Shown in pieces: positions 9,248 to 19,651 of a stretch of DNA of 32,000 bases (its first letter is position 1; each line of letters starts with the position of its first letter). The DNA is from Nitrosococcus oceani ATCC 19707 (GTDB lineage Bacteria > Pseudomonadota > Gammaproteobacteria > Nitrosococcales > Nitrosococcaceae). The stretch is taken from assembly GCF_000012805.1 (NCBI RefSeq), contig NC_007484.1, forward strand, positions 2,820,001 to 2,852,000, given 5' to 3'. A model generated the notes under the pieces. That model searched no databases. It saw nothing but the letters and a program-made list of their open reading frames with translations, and was not told the origin of the DNA. Both the position numbers and the translations under genes were made by a program.

Positions 9248-10717
9248 ATGCGTCTGCAACCTGTAGTGCTTTCGGGCGGTTCAGGAACACGTCTTTGGCC
9301 TCTCTCCAGGGAGCATTTTCCTAAGCAGCTTTTGCCCTTAGTGGGAAGCCGTACTATGCTCCAAAACACTGTCACTCGGCTTAACGATGGTTTCTTCAAG
9401 TTTCCATTGCTCTCTCCCCTGGTCGTGTGTAACGAAGAACATCGTTTCTTGGTTGCTGAACAAATGCGGCAAATCGAGGTGATTCCCCGCCAGCTCATCC
9501 TAGAGCCCTTTGGCCGCAATACTGCGCCTGCCCTTACCTTGGCTGCGTTTTCCGCTTTGGAAGCGGGTGAGGATTGTATTTTATTGGTGATGCCAGCAGA
9601 TCACATTATCGCTGACATCCCAGCATTCCAAGCTGCAGTTCAAACGGGATATCAGTTAGCCCAAAACAATCATGTAGTGACCTTTGGCATTGTTCCCACT
9701 CGTGCCGAGACAGGGTATGGCTATATTGAAATGGGTCAACCGCTACCCATAATGGCAATGGACTCAGCGTCTATACCAAAAGCCTTTAGGATAAAGGCTT
9801 TTGTGGAGAAACCGGATCAGGAAACCGCACAGAACTATTTACAATCGGCTAACCATTTGTGGAATAGTGGCATGTTCATGCTTCGGGCCTCCATATGGAT
9901 AAAAGAAATTGCAGCCCATGCCTCTGAGATCGAACGGGCCTGCCATCAAGCTATCACAGAGGGAAGCCAAGATGGCGATTTTTTTCGAATTAAACACGCT
10001 GCATTTGAGACTTGCCCCAGCAACTCCATTGATTATGCAGTGATGGAGAAACTTACTACAGAAAAAGAAAATCACCCTTCTGTCGTGGTTTCCTTGGATG
10101 CTGGCTGGTCTGATGTAGGAGCATGGCCTAGTCTGCTAGAGGCTAGTCCGCGAGACCAAGACGGTAATATGGCCCGGGGTGATGTTTATCTCGAAAACTC
10201 TCGAAATACCTTGCTTCTGGCGGAACATCGTATGGTAGCTGGCATTGGCCTTAAAGACCTCATGGTTATCGAGACATCGGATGCGGTGCTCGTGGTCCAT
10301 AAGGAACATGCCCAGCACGTCAAAAATGTAGTATCTCAGCTTAAAGAGGCGGGACGAGAGGAGCACATTAAGCACCGAAAAGTGTATCGTCCGTGGGGTT
10401 GTTACGAAAGCATCGATTACGGCACCCGGTTCCAGGTTAAGCGGATCACGGTAAACCCTGGCGCTTCCCTCTCTTTACAAATGCATCATCATCGGGCCGA
10501 ACACTGGATCGTTGTCAAAGGAACGGCACGGATTATTCGGGATAATGAAACCACCCTGCTTTCTGAAAACCAATCGACCTATATCCCGCTAGGCGTCAAA
10601 CATCGCCTGGAAAATCCTGGCAAGCTGCCTTTAGAAATTATCGAAGTTCAATCAGGGAGTTATTTAGGAGAAGACGATATTGTCTGTTTCGAAGACCATT
10701 ATGGCCGAGTCGGGTAA
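9248..10717 (+). CDS. manC: Bifunctional mannose-1-phosphate guanylyltransferase / mannose-6-phosphate isomerase (type II PMI-GMP)
   Basis: N-terminal nucleotidyltransferase motif (LSGGSGTRLWPLS) and a C-terminal cupin/PMI motif (QMHHHRAEHWIVVKG). I prefer the ATG at 9248 (MRLQPVVLSGG..., preceded by AAGGA) to the track start at 9224. Confidence 0.9.
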   Translation: MRLQPVVLSGGSGTRLWPLSREHFPKQLLPLVGSRTMLQNTVTRLNDGFFKFPLLSPLVVCNEEHRFLVAEQMRQIEVIPRQLILEPFGRNTAPALTLAAFSALEAGEDCILLVMPADHIIADIPAFQAAVQTGYQLAQNNHVVTFGIVPTRAETGYGYIEMGQPLPIMAMDSASIPKAFRIKAFVEKPDQETAQNYLQSANHLWNSGMFMLRASIWIKEIAAHASEIERACHQAITEGSQDGDFFRIKHAAFETCPSNSIDYAVMEKLTTEKENHPSVVVSLDAGWSDVGAWPSLLEASPRDQDGNMARGDVYLENSRNTLLLAEHRMVAGIGLKDLMVIETSDAVLVVHKEHAQHVKNVVSQLKEAGREEHIKHRKVYRPWGCYESIDYGTRFQVKRITVNPGASLSLQMHHHRAEHWIVVKGTARIIRDNETTLLSENQSTYIPLGVKHRLENPGKLPLEIIEVQSGSYLGEDDIVCFEDHYGRVG

Positions 10718-10901
10718 TGCACCCCCGGATAAGCGCTTTTAAAAATAACAATTTTGCACTGAGGCCAAAAAAATATGCTTGAAAAACACGGTACATGGGG
10801 CTCATAGGTAATGCTTCGGCACTAAAGAGCTCTTTTGAAATGGCTTCCGGGAACGATATCCATAGATCATAGGCCGCACCAATTAAGCGAATAATTCAGA
10901 A

Positions 10902-11426
10902 ATGGAATCTTCACCTTCTTCTAAGAAATTTTGGTATCTCATTTATTGTAAGCCGCGGCAAGAACGCTTGGCTCAGGAAAACCTCGAGCGCCAGAATTTT
11001 GAAACCTACCTTCCCCTTGTACGACAGATGCGCCGCCGCGCATACCGGCGTATAGCAACGGTTGAGCCACTCTTTCCCCGTTACCTATTTATCCACCTAG
11101 ATACTGAAAAGGACAATTGGGGCTCAATACGATCCACGATTGGAGTCATTTCTCTAGTCCGATTTGGAGCCCAACCGGCCCACGTGCCAGATACGCTAAT
11201 CCGCGAATTGCAAACCCATGAGGGCTCCGATGGTATTCAGGATTTAGCAAGTCCCGACTTTCGAAAGGGGCAACAAGTCCTAGTCGAAGAAGGGTTGCTA
11301 GCGGGGCATGAAGGCATCTGGCTTACTTCCAACGGAAAAAAACGGGCTCATATTCTGCTGGAAATCATGGGTAAGCAAATTAAAACCGAGGTGAACGAAA
11401 ATTGGCTGAAGCGCCTGGAACCCTAG
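10902..11426 (+). CDS. rfaH: RfaH/NusG-family transcription antiterminator (NGN + KOW)
   Basis: 174 aa. N-terminal FWYLIYCKPRQERLAQENLERQNFETYLPL matches the RfaH-type NGN domain. A C-terminal KOW-like segment is present (GQQVLVEEGLLAGHEGIW). It lies next to polysaccharide genes. Confidence 0.65.
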   Translation: MESSPSSKKFWYLIYCKPRQERLAQENLERQNFETYLPLVRQMRRRAYRRIATVEPLFPRYLFIHLDTEKDNWGSIRSTIGVISLVRFGAQPAHVPDTLIRELQTHEGSDGIQDLASPDFRKGQQVLVEEGLLAGHEGIWLTSNGKKRAHILLEIMGKQIKTEVNENWLKRLEP

Positions 11427-11978
11427 TTAATACATGCCCGTCTGGATCTTAGCAGCCTCAGACATCATGCTGTAATTCCACGGCGGATCGAAAACCAATT
11501 CGACATTAGCCACCCCGATAGCGGGAATAGCCTCAACTTTTTCCTTTACATCCTGTACTAGAACTTCACCCATTCCACAGCCAGGAGCGGTTAAAGTCAT
11601 CTTGATATCCACTTCCTTTTGCCCTTCAGGCAAGGAAGAAATGGAACACTCATAAACCAAGCCTAGATCTACGATATTGATGGGAATTTCAGGATCAAAG
11701 CAAGTTTTCATCTGCTCCCAGGCTAGCTTTTCAAGATCTTCCTCAGAAGCATTCTCTGGTAATTCAGGAGGTGCAACCGGTTCTAAACCCAAGGCATCAG
11801 CATCTTTACCTTCTATCCGGGCCAAATTCCCACTCACATAAACAGTATAGCTTCCTCCCAGATCCTGGGCAATCACCACTTCCGTATCTTTAGGGATAAT
11901 AACCTTATCAGCCATCGGTACTAGCACGGCCTCGCAATCACGGTTCAGAACAATAGGCTCACGATTATACATATTCAT
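11427..11978 (-). CDS. sufT: SufT-like Fe-S assembly protein (long form, C-terminal DUF59/MIP18 domain)
   Basis: 183 aa with a DUF59 signature (CFDPEIPINIVDLGLVYE ... TAPGCGMG). It is the last gene of the suf operon. Confidence 0.7.
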   Translation of the reverse strand: MNMYNREPIVLNRDCEAVLVPMADKVIIPKDTEVVIAQDLGGSYTVYVSGNLARIEGKDADALGLEPVAPPELPENASEEDLEKLAWEQMKTCFDPEIPINIVDLGLVYECSISSLPEGQKEVDIKMTLTAPGCGMGEVLVQDVKEKVEAIPAIGVANVELVFDPPWNYSMMSEAAKIQTGMY

Positions 11979-11995
11979 TTCTCCCTTGAAGGGGG

Positions 11996-12448
11996 CTACT
12001 CCGTCGTCGCCATCTTATTTTCATGTGCCAGGGCGGCATGCAAAGTATGCCATGCAAGCGTCGCGCACTTCACGCGCATGGGGAACGCCTTAACACCAGC
12101 GAGCACCCCTAGTTTTCCCAAGGAGAGTCCTTCTTCTCTATGAGTCGACTCATCCGTCACCAAGTCATGAAATTTACCGAACAAGCCTTCAGCTTCCTGG
12201 GAACTCTTGCCTTTAAGAGATTCGGTCATTAGCGATGCCGAAGCTATAGAGATGGCGCACCCCTCACCCTGAAAGCTCACATCCTCAATAATTCCATTAT
12301 GCATTTTAAGAAAGACGGTTACCCGATCTCCGCATAGGGGATTATGGCCATCAGCCTGAAAATCTGCATTTTCCATGGAATGAAAATTCCGCGGCCTCTT
12401 TCTATGATCCAGGATGACCTCTTGATATAAATCTAGCAGTTCGCTCAT
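11996..12448 (-). CDS. sufU: SufU-type (NifU N-terminal-like) sulfur acceptor / Fe-S scaffold
   Basis: 150 aa. Three conserved Cys sit in SufU contexts (NPLCGD; GEGCAISIASASLM; RVKCATLAWH), and no IscU LPPVK motif is present. A TAATG overlap joins it to sufS. Confidence 0.85.
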   Translation of the reverse strand: MSELLDLYQEVILDHRKRPRNFHSMENADFQADGHNPLCGDRVTVFLKMHNGIIEDVSFQGEGCAISIASASLMTESLKGKSSQEAEGLFGKFHDLVTDESTHREEGLSLGKLGVLAGVKAFPMRVKCATLAWHTLHAALAHENKMATTE

Positions 12449-13710
12449 TATCCCAATAACTCTCCTACCCGCTTAATTCCAGCTGCCAGAACATCCATTT
12501 CAGCCTTAGTATTGTAAAATGCTAGGGAGGCTCTTGCCGTTGCGGGAATATTAAAACGTTCCATTACCGGCTGGGCGCAATGATGTCCTGTGCGAATGGC
12601 AATACCTTCATGATCAAGAATGGTACCGATATCATGAGGATGGACGCCCTCCAAGACAAAGGATAATACCCCTACTTTTTCTTGGGCTGTGCCAATAAAA
12701 CGCAGTCCGGGAACTTGAGCCAGAACCTCTGTCCCATAGTTAAGCAATTCCTGCTCATAGGCCGCAATGTTTTCCATCCCTAGGGTCTCTAGATAATCTA
12801 TCGCTACACCCAGGCCAATGGCTCCAGCGATATGAGGAGTTCCCGCCTCGAACTTATAGGGGAGATCGCTATAAAGCGTTTTATCAAAACTTACCGACAG
12901 AATCATATCTCCGCCGCCCTGATAAGGAGGCATAGCTTCTAGCCATTCGCGCTTGCCATAGAGCACGCCAATACCTGTGGGTCCTACCATTTTATGAGCT
13001 GAAAAAGCGTAAAAATCACAGTCCAGCTCCTGGACATCCACGGGCATGTGGGGAACAGTCTGGGCCCCATCTAGCAACACCGGAATCCCACGGGCATGGG
13101 CTAGCTCAATGATTTTTTGTGCTGGATTGATAGTTCCCAAAACATTAGAAGCATGCACCATGGCTACCAGCCGGGTGCGAGGTGACAAACACCTCTCGTA
13201 CTCATCTAAAAGCAATTCCCCGGTATCATCGATAGGAACGACTTTAAGCACTGCCCCCGTCTGCTCGCATAGGAGCTGCCACGGCACAATGTTAGAGTGA
13301 TGCTCCATATGGGAGAGCAGAATTTCATCACCCGCTTGCAACCGGCTTCGGCCGAAGCTTTGGGCGACTAAATTGATTGCTTCGGTAGTGCCCCGTACAA
13401 ACACAATTTCTTCCCGCCGAGCAGCGTTAATAAAGTGTTGCACTTTATTCCTCGCCGCCTCGTATGCTTGGGTCGCCCGTTCGCTAAGTTGATGCACAGC
13501 ACGGTGGATATTGGCATTATCCCAACGGTAATAGTGATCAATCGCCTCAGTAACTTGTCTAGGTTTTTGCATAGTCGCCGCATTATCTAGATACACCAAA
13601 GGCTTCCCATGTACTTCCTGTTGCAAAACAGGGAAGTCAGCGCGGGCCCGCTCAATCTCAAAAGGGACACTTGCTATAGGTACTTCAGCTGCGATGTTTG
13701 CAATGGTCAT
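12448..13710 (-). CDS. sufS: Cysteine desulfurase, SufS (class II aminotransferase V)
   Basis: About 420 aa with a PLP-Lys context ([16 protein letters not shown]) and active-site Cys region (RTGHHCAQP). The ATG at 13710 has AGGAGG 8 nt upstream and overlaps the sufD TGA by 1 nt. The track start at 13713 is a TTG one codon earlier. Confidence 0.93.
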   Translation of the reverse strand: MTIANIAAEVPIASVPFEIERARADFPVLQQEVHGKPLVYLDNAATMQKPRQVTEAIDHYYRWDNANIHRAVHQLSERATQAYEAARNKVQHFINAARREEIVFVRGTTEAINLVAQSFGRSRLQAGDEILLSHMEHHSNIVPWQLLCEQTGAVLKVVPIDDTGELLLDEYERCLSPRTRLVAMVHASNVLGTINPAQKIIELAHARGIPVLLDGAQTVPHMPVDVQELDCDFYAFSAHKMVGPTGIGVLYGKREWLEAMPPYQGGGDMILSVSFDKTLYSDLPYKFEAGTPHIAGAIGLGVAIDYLETLGMENIAAYEQELLNYGTEVLAQVPGLRFIGTAQEKVGVLSFVLEGVHPHDIGTILDHEGIAIRTGHHCAQPVMERFNIPATARASLAFYNTKAEMDVLAAGIKRVGELLG

Positions 13711-15050
13711 CAACCCACCTCCTTGCGCTGTGGTTCAGAAAATTGTGCGCTTAATCTATGTTCGATACGGGCGCGGATAGGACGTAGTTTGATGCGCCTA
13801 ACAATTTCTTCGACAAAAGCATAGGTCAAGAGCTGGCGCGCTGCATCCTCTTCCATCCCGCGGGAGCGAAGATAGAAAATTTGATCTTTATCCAATTGTC
13901 CGACCGTGGCCCCATGAGCACACTTAACATCGTCAGCGTAGATTTCAAGTTCTGGTTTGGTATCGACTTCAGCCCCTTCAGACAGCAGCAAATTGCGGTT
14001 GGCCTGGCGGGCATCCGCTTTTTGCGCATGAGGGTGAACAATCACTTTGCCATTAAAGACTGCCCGCGATTTACCATCTAAAATTCCTTTGTAGAATTCC
14101 TGGCTAGTGGTATGTGGCTGTTGATGGTCAACTCTCGTATGGTTATCTACGTGACGTACACCATCTAAAACATAGAGTCCCTCCAAAATGCACCCGGCGC
14201 CCTCCCCTGCCAATACGCTATTGATATCGTTGCGGGCTAACCGCCCCCCCAAAGCCAGATTACGGGAAAGAAACTGCGCATCCTGTTCCTGCTGGACCTG
14301 TATCGTAGCAATATGAAAGCTTTTAGCCGATTCCTCTTGCAATTTGATATGCTCAACATTAGCCCCCTTTCCCGCGGCTATTTCGGTGACCGTATTCGTG
14401 AAATATACGGCATCATTTAACCCAGCATAGTGCTCAATAACCGTCAGTTCACTCTCCGGCTCGAGAACTATCAAATTACGGGAGTGAGTCACGACGGCTT
14501 CGCTACGCCCCGTAGTCAGGAATATCAGATGTACCGGCTTGGCCAGTACGGTCCTGGGGGGTAAATAAAGATAAGCGCCATCGGCCATGAAGGCAGTATT
14601 AAGCGCGGTGAAAGGCTGGTTTTGATAGTCCGCATAACTGGCCAATACCCCGCGCAGGCTTTCCCCCTGCTGTTTGAAACAGCCGGCTAAATTGCCCACC
14701 ACCGTACCAGCCGGGAGATCTTCAATCTCTGATAACCCCGGAGCAAAGCAACCATCAACAAATACCAACCGAAAACAGGGCGTCTCTGCTAAAAAATACC
14801 TTTGACATTGCTCTAAACTGACCGCTACCGATGAAGAAACCGCCGAGTTAAATGCAGTCTCGGCCAGCGCACGGACTCGCGTATATTTCCAATCCTCATT
14901 CTTGAGACCAGGAAAGCCGAGGGAGATAAAACGGGCCAATGCCTGCTGGCGTAATTCTCGCAGCCAGGGTAGATTCGCCCCCGCCAGATCCGGTTCCAGG
15001 CGGGCATAGGAATCCACATAGGGCTGCCAGGCCTCACTGATCCCCTTCAT
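13710..15050 (-). CDS. sufD: Fe-S cluster assembly protein SufD
   Basis: 446 aa with a SufB/SufD beta-helix C-terminal region. It lies between sufC and sufS, with an ATGA overlap with sufC. Confidence 0.9.
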   Translation of the reverse strand: MKGISEAWQPYVDSYARLEPDLAGANLPWLRELRQQALARFISLGFPGLKNEDWKYTRVRALAETAFNSAVSSSVAVSLEQCQRYFLAETPCFRLVFVDGCFAPGLSEIEDLPAGTVVGNLAGCFKQQGESLRGVLASYADYQNQPFTALNTAFMADGAYLYLPPRTVLAKPVHLIFLTTGRSEAVVTHSRNLIVLEPESELTVIEHYAGLNDAVYFTNTVTEIAAGKGANVEHIKLQEESAKSFHIATIQVQQEQDAQFLSRNLALGGRLARNDINSVLAGEGAGCILEGLYVLDGVRHVDNHTRVDHQQPHTTSQEFYKGILDGKSRAVFNGKVIVHPHAQKADARQANRNLLLSEGAEVDTKPELEIYADDVKCAHGATVGQLDKDQIFYLRSRGMEEDAARQLLTYAFVEEIVRRIKLRPIRARIEHRLSAQFSEPQRKEVG

Positions 15051-15823
15051 AATGCGGCCGCCCCCGCCGGAGTGGCACCTTCACCTTGCTCAATCCAACC
15101 GTAACCTTCCTTCTCCAGTTCCAGAGCTAACGTTTTATCTCCAGATTTCACGATACGGCCCAGGGAAAGTACATGGACATAATCTGGCACAATGTAATCT
15201 AGGAGGCGCTGGTAATGAGTCACAAGGATAAGCCCCCGCTCTGAACTCCGCAGGGCATTGACTCCATCGGCAACAATCTTAAGGGCATCGATATCCAACC
15301 CTGAATCGGTCTCATCCAAAATCGCCAATGCGGGCTCCAAAACCGCCATCTGCAAAATCTCGTTACGTTTCTTTTCCCCTCCTGAGAAGCCTTCATTAAC
15401 CGCCCGCTGCAGGAAACTTTCGTCCATTTTCACCAGTTTCATTTTTTCCCGCACTAGAGTTAAAAAATCTATGGCATCAAGCTCAGGAAGTCCACGGTGC
15501 TTGCGCACAGCATTCAAAGCCGTTTTCAACAAATAGACATTGCTTACGCCAGGAATTTCCACGGGATATTGGAAAGCCAGGAAAACTCCCGCGCAAGCAC
15601 GCTCTTCCGGGGCTAAATTCAATAAATTCTGGCCTTGATAGAGAACCTCCCCCGCAGTTACTTCGTAACCCTCGCGTCCCGCCAGCACATTTGCCAAGGT
15701 ACTCTTGCCCGAACCATTGGGTCCCATAATGGCATGTACCTCGCCGGGATTCACTTGCAAATCAATACCCCGCAAGATGGGTTTATCATCCACCTGGGTA
15801 TGTAAGTTTCTGATAGTTAGCAT
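15047..15823 (-). CDS. sufC: Fe-S cluster assembly ATPase SufC
   Basis: 258 aa with Walker A (GPNGSGKST), ABC signature (FSGGEKKR) and Walker B ([12 protein letters not shown]). Confidence 0.95.
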   Translation of the reverse strand: MLTIRNLHTQVDDKPILRGIDLQVNPGEVHAIMGPNGSGKSTLANVLAGREGYEVTAGEVLYQGQNLLNLAPEERACAGVFLAFQYPVEIPGVSNVYLLKTALNAVRKHRGLPELDAIDFLTLVREKMKLVKMDESFLQRAVNEGFSGGEKKRNEILQMAVLEPALAILDETDSGLDIDALKIVADGVNALRSSERGLILVTHYQRLLDYIVPDYVHVLSLGRIVKSGDKTLALELEKEGYGWIEQGEGATPAGAAAL

Positions 15824-15861
15824 TTAAGAAAACCTCTTACTCTCATGCAGGCCAATAACGT

Positions 15862-17310
15862 TTAGCCTACTGCTCCTTCCAGGCTCACGCTCAATAGGTT
15901 TCGGGCTTCTACCGCAAACTCCATGGGCAATTCCTTGAAGACTTCCTTACAAAAGCCATTCACAATCATGGAAATGGCATCCTCGGCGGAGATTCCCCGC
16001 TGTTTACAGTAAAACAGCTGATCCTCGCTAATCTTAGAGGTCGATGCTTCATGCTCCACCTGCGCCGAAGGGTGTTTTACCTCGATATAGGGGAACGTAT
16101 GGGCACCGCACCGATCTCCTAACAGGAGAGAATCACACTGAGTATAATTACGTGCGCCTACGGCAGTGGGGGTTACCCGCACCAATCCCCGATAGGCATT
16201 TTGTCCTTGCCCAGCAGAAATTCCTTTAGAAATAATAGTGCTACGGGTATTCCGTCCCATATGAATCATCTTGGTGCCCGTATCCGCTTGCTGGAAATTA
16301 TTGGTAAGGGCAACCGAGTAGAATTCCCCCACCGAGTTATCTCCTTGCAGAATAACGCTCGGGTATTTCCACGTGATGGCTGAGCCAGTTTCTACCTGAG
16401 TCCAAGAGATTTTGGCGTTTGCTCCCCGGCATGCCCCTCGTTTAGTCACAAAATTGTAGATTCCACCCCGGCCTTCTTCATCGCCTGGATACCAATTTTG
16501 TACCGTGGAATATTTAATTTCGGCATCACCCAAGGCCACAAGCTCTACCACTGCGGCATGAAGCTGGTTCTCATCACGCATCGGAGCGGTACAGCCTTCG
16601 AGGTAGCTAACATGGGCGCCTTCATCGGCAATGATAAGCGTGCGCTCAAATTGGCCCGTTTGGGCGGCGTTGATGCGGAAATAGGTGGACAGCTCTAGGG
16701 GACAGCGAACCCCCTTAGGCACATAGACGAAAGAACCATCACTAAAAACGGCTGAATTTAAAGCGGCATAAAAATTATCCCGGTAGGGTACTACCGTGCC
16801 AAGATATTTTTCTACCAATTCGGGATAGTCCCGTACCGCCTCGGAAAAAGGGCAGAAAATTACGCCTGCCTCAGATAGTTTCTCCTTGAAAGTAGTCGCT
16901 ACCGAAACGCTGTCAAAAACCGCATCCACGGCAACTCCCGCAAGCCTCGCCCGTTCATGCAGCGGTACCCCGAGTTTCTCATAGGTTTCAAGTAATTTTG
17001 GATCGACTTCATCCAAACTTTTAGGGCCATCTTTTTTTGACTTGGGCGCGGAATAATAAATAATGGATTGATAATCCACAGGCGGATAATGCACATGCGC
17101 CCACTCCGGCGTTTTCATCTCCAGCCAATGACGGTAGGCTTTGAGGCGCCATTCCAGCATAAACTCTGGCTCATTCTTCTTGCTAGAGATAAGGCGAATA
17201 ACGTTTTCATTGAGTCCTGGTGGAATAGAATCCGCCTCAATATCGGTGACAAAACCAGCCCGATATTCTTTTTGAACAAGATTTTCAACCTTAAGGGTCG
17301 AATTAGTCAT
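15862..17310 (-). CDS. sufB: Fe-S cluster assembly scaffold SufB
   Basis: 482 aa. The sequence is highly conserved SufB throughout (e.g. [38 protein letters not shown]). Confidence 0.95.
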   Translation of the reverse strand: MTNSTLKVENLVQKEYRAGFVTDIEADSIPPGLNENVIRLISSKKNEPEFMLEWRLKAYRHWLEMKTPEWAHVHYPPVDYQSIIYYSAPKSKKDGPKSLDEVDPKLLETYEKLGVPLHERARLAGVAVDAVFDSVSVATTFKEKLSEAGVIFCPFSEAVRDYPELVEKYLGTVVPYRDNFYAALNSAVFSDGSFVYVPKGVRCPLELSTYFRINAAQTGQFERTLIIADEGAHVSYLEGCTAPMRDENQLHAAVVELVALGDAEIKYSTVQNWYPGDEEGRGGIYNFVTKRGACRGANAKISWTQVETGSAITWKYPSVILQGDNSVGEFYSVALTNNFQQADTGTKMIHMGRNTRSTIISKGISAGQGQNAYRGLVRVTPTAVGARNYTQCDSLLLGDRCGAHTFPYIEVKHPSAQVEHEASTSKISEDQLFYCKQRGISAEDAISMIVNGFCKEVFKELPMEFAVEARNLLSVSLEGAVG

Positions 17311-17325
17311 AGCCTACTCCCGCAG

Positions 17326-17802
17326 TTATCTCGTCGTATTATCTGTAGGTAACGGTCCCGAATGCCTGGTAAGTTGGCGAAATCGGATAGGATACGCTCC
17401 CATTGGCTGAACCATATCAGACAATTTGATCTCATTTAATGCCCCGTAGACCGCTTGGTTAATCTGTTCCCAGTGAGCACGGGTGGAACAATGGGCTTCC
17501 TGACCGCACTCCCCCGGTGTACTGACACACTCCGTTAAACCAATAGGTCCCTCTAGGATCGTAATAATTTCAGCTACTGAAATTGCCTCGGGCGGCCTTC
17601 CTAAACTGTAGCCGCCTTGGGCGCCCCGGGCCGACAGTAACAACCCTGCCCGGGCCAATTGTTTGAGAATTTTGCTGACCGTAGGCAAGGGCATTTCTAC
17701 TTGAGCGGATAAATCCGCTGCGGCATGCTGGCCCTTCGGATCCATCGCCAAGCGCGTCATCAGCACGATAGCGTAATCGGTCATTTTGCTCATGCGGAGC
17801 AT
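17326..17802 (-). CDS. Rrf2-family transcriptional regulator (IscR-like, probable Fe-S cluster sensor) of the suf operon
   Basis: 158 aa. The Rrf2 N-terminus is canonical (MLRMSKMTDYAIVLM ... wHTH). A Cys cluster C-x6-C-x5-C followed by His (ECVSTPGECGQEAHCSTRAH) resembles the IscR cluster ligands. GGAGG precedes the ATG. Confidence 0.85.
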   Translation of the reverse strand: MLRMSKMTDYAIVLMTRLAMDPKGQHAAADLSAQVEMPLPTVSKILKQLARAGLLLSARGAQGGYSLGRPPEAISVAEIITILEGPIGLTECVSTPGECGQEAHCSTRAHWEQINQAVYGALNEIKLSDMVQPMGAYPIRFRQLTRHSGPLPTDNTTR

Positions 17803-17822
17803 AGGAGCCTCCGGTTCTAATG

Positions 17823-17841
17823 TAGGACTATTATAGTCCTA
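17823..17841. promoter_or_regulatory. Palindromic operator candidate for the Rrf2 regulator (TAGGACTAT-T-ATAGTCCTA)
   Basis: Perfect 9+9 inverted repeat with one central base, 21 nt upstream of the regulator ATG. Its core GACT-ATTAT-AGTC fits the core of the E. coli IscR type-1 site consensus as I recall it (GACTRwwwYAGTC); the flanks fit less well. Confidence 0.55.
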
Positions 17842-18142
17842 ATTAAGTTCAAAACCAAGTAATTCAGTAAAGTATTTCCTGGTTAAAGATATCTCAATAT
17901 AGTTCAATTAAAATTTTCAATTTTGTCTGGCAAATTTCCGCCTAGATGCATGCTTTACTAGATTTCGCACTCAATACCTAGAAACCAAATACATCCCCCT
18001 AAGAAGCGTTGCTACCCCCTAGTTTTTTCAGAGCAAAGCTGAAAAATGACCGATAATAGGGTAAAGTGCGCAAATTTGCTGAGCCGAAAACCATCTAGAT
18101 CTAAACAGCCAATAGATATTCTGTAAATGAGGTGTAATAAAT

Positions 18143-18814
18143 ATGGCCAATTATAAAATTGCCCCTTCTATCCTATCAGCCGATTTCGCCCGCTTGGGGG
18201 AAGAAGTGACTGCAGTATTAGAAGCGGGTGCCGATATGGTGCATTTCGATGTAATGGATAACCATTATGTCCCAAATCTAACTATCGGCCCTCTCGTCTG
18301 CGAAGCCCTACGCAAACATGGCATCACCGCTGATATCGACGTTCATCTCATGGTAAAGCCAGTGGATCGAATCGCCCCTGATTTTGCCAAAGCGGGGGCA
18401 AATTATATTACTTTTCATCCGGAAGCTTCCGAACATATTGACCGAACTCTACAGCTAATCCGCGATGAGGGCTGCAAATCCGGCTTGGTATTCAATCCAG
18501 CGACTTCCCTTGATTATCTCAAATACGTCATAGATAAAGTGGATATGGTGCTTATCATGTCGGTGAATCCAGGTTTTGGTGGGCAAAAGTTCATCCCCAC
18601 GGCGCTTGACAAACTGCGCGAAGCACGGCGGATTATTGATGCCAGCGGCTACCCTATCCGCCTTGAAATTGATGGAGGTATCAAGATAGATAATATCCAG
18701 CAAGTTGCAATGGCGGGAGCAGATACCTTTGTGGCGGGTTCCGCTATCTTCCAAAGTGAAAACTATAAGACCACCATTGGCGAGATGCGCGCCGAGCTAG
18801 CCAAGGTAGGATAA
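18143..18814 (+). CDS. rpe: Ribulose-phosphate 3-epimerase
   Basis: 223 aa. N-terminal [16 protein letters not shown], plus [12 protein letters not shown] and [12 protein letters not shown] motifs. Confidence 0.95.
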   Translation: MANYKIAPSILSADFARLGEEVTAVLEAGADMVHFDVMDNHYVPNLTIGPLVCEALRKHGITADIDVHLMVKPVDRIAPDFAKAGANYITFHPEASEHIDRTLQLIRDEGCKSGLVFNPATSLDYLKYVIDKVDMVLIMSVNPGFGGQKFIPTALDKLREARRIIDASGYPIRLEIDGGIKIDNIQQVAMAGADTFVAGSAIFQSENYKTTIGEMRAELAKVG

Positions 18815-18862
18815 ACAAACAATATATAAATTTACCTTCAAAAGACAAAATAAATAGCGAGC

Positions 18863-19540
18863 ATGCTGAAACAACCTGAAATGATTCTTATTGACGTGGA
18901 CGGTACCTTAGTAGATAGCGTACCGGATCTGACCTTTTGTACCGATACCATGATGGAACGGTTGGGTCTGCCCCTGCGGGGAGAAACCAAAGTCCGGCAA
19001 TGGGTGGGCAACGGGGTAGAACGACTCATCAAGCGGGCCTTGGTCGATAATATGGAGGGAGAACCGGAAGAAGATTTATATCAAAAGGCTGAAACCATTT
19101 TTCTGGCTCTCTACGCAGATAACACAAGCAAGCGTAGTCATCTCTACCCGGGGGTAAACGAGGGATTAGCCTGGTTAAAATCCCAAGGGTATCGTGTAGG
19201 CTGTGTTACTAATAAGGCAGCCCAATTTACTTATCCTCTACTTACGGAGCTAGGGATAATTGATTATTTCGAGATAGTCATTAGTGGCGATACATTACCG
19301 GAGAAAAAACCTCATCCTGCCCCCTTGCTCCATGCGGCCAGCCACTTTGGCATCGCTCCTGAGAAAGCGCTAATGATTGGGGATTCCATTAGTGACGTAA
19401 AAGCAGCGAGGGCGGCCAACTTCCAGATTGTCTGCCTCAGTTATGGTTATAATCATGGCGTGGATATCCGTGATAGCCAACCGGATAGCGTCATCGATTC
19501 TCTAATTGAAATTAAGAATTTATTGAGCCAAGCAGCTTAG
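18863..19540 (+). CDS. gph: Phosphoglycolate phosphatase (HAD superfamily)
   Basis: 225 aa with HAD motif I (LIDVDGTLVDS) and motif IV (MIGDSISDVKAARAA). The rpe-gph adjacency is conserved in gammaproteobacteria. Confidence 0.85.
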   Translation: MLKQPEMILIDVDGTLVDSVPDLTFCTDTMMERLGLPLRGETKVRQWVGNGVERLIKRALVDNMEGEPEEDLYQKAETIFLALYADNTSKRSHLYPGVNEGLAWLKSQGYRVGCVTNKAAQFTYPLLTELGIIDYFEIVISGDTLPEKKPHPAPLLHAASHFGIAPEKALMIGDSISDVKAARAANFQIVCLSYGYNHGVDIRDSQPDSVIDSLIEIKNLLSQAA

Positions 19541-19550
19541 GAACACAACC

Positions 19551-19610
19551 ATGGTTATTGACTTCCAGGCGAATAGTTTATGGGGGAGAATAAAACGATG
19601 GTGGGGCTGA
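19551..19610 (+). CDS. trpL: Candidate trp leader peptide (MVIDFQANSLWGRIKRWWG*)
   Basis: 19-codon ORF in the 117-nt gph-trpE spacer. AGGA lies 8 nt upstream of its ATG. Three of 19 codons are TGG, including a tandem TGG-TGG two codons before the stop. The ORF ends 47 nt before the trpE ATG. Confidence 0.55.
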   Translation: MVIDFQANSLWGRIKRWWG

Positions 19611-19651
19611 TCTCCCGCTAAATCCGCCGAAGTTTTCTAACGCTGGAAGTC
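19560..19651 (+). promoter_or_regulatory. Candidate trp attenuator / alternative RNA structures
   Basis: GACTTCCAGGCG (19560-19571) can pair with CGCCGAAGT (19625-19633), which is followed by TTTCT, if a 2-nt bulge is allowed. It can alternatively pair with CGCTGGAAGTC (19641-19651), which contains the trpE Shine-Dalgarno GGAAG. GGGAGA (19584-19589) pairs with TCTCCC (19611-19616). GGTGG (the Trp codons, 19600-19604) can pair with CCGCC (19624-19628). All pairings were found by eye and not folded. Confidence 0.35.

Noticed and set aside
17942-18100. Repeated CTAGAT hexamers (17942, 17958, 18095), CTAGAA (17978), and a TTTTTCAG/CTGAAAAA hairpin (18024-18046) in the regulator-rpe divergent region
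   Set aside because: The hexamer was chosen post hoc, the spacing is irregular, and CTAG is not rare elsewhere in this window. The hairpin is AT-rich and weak. I record it as a possible regulator site only.
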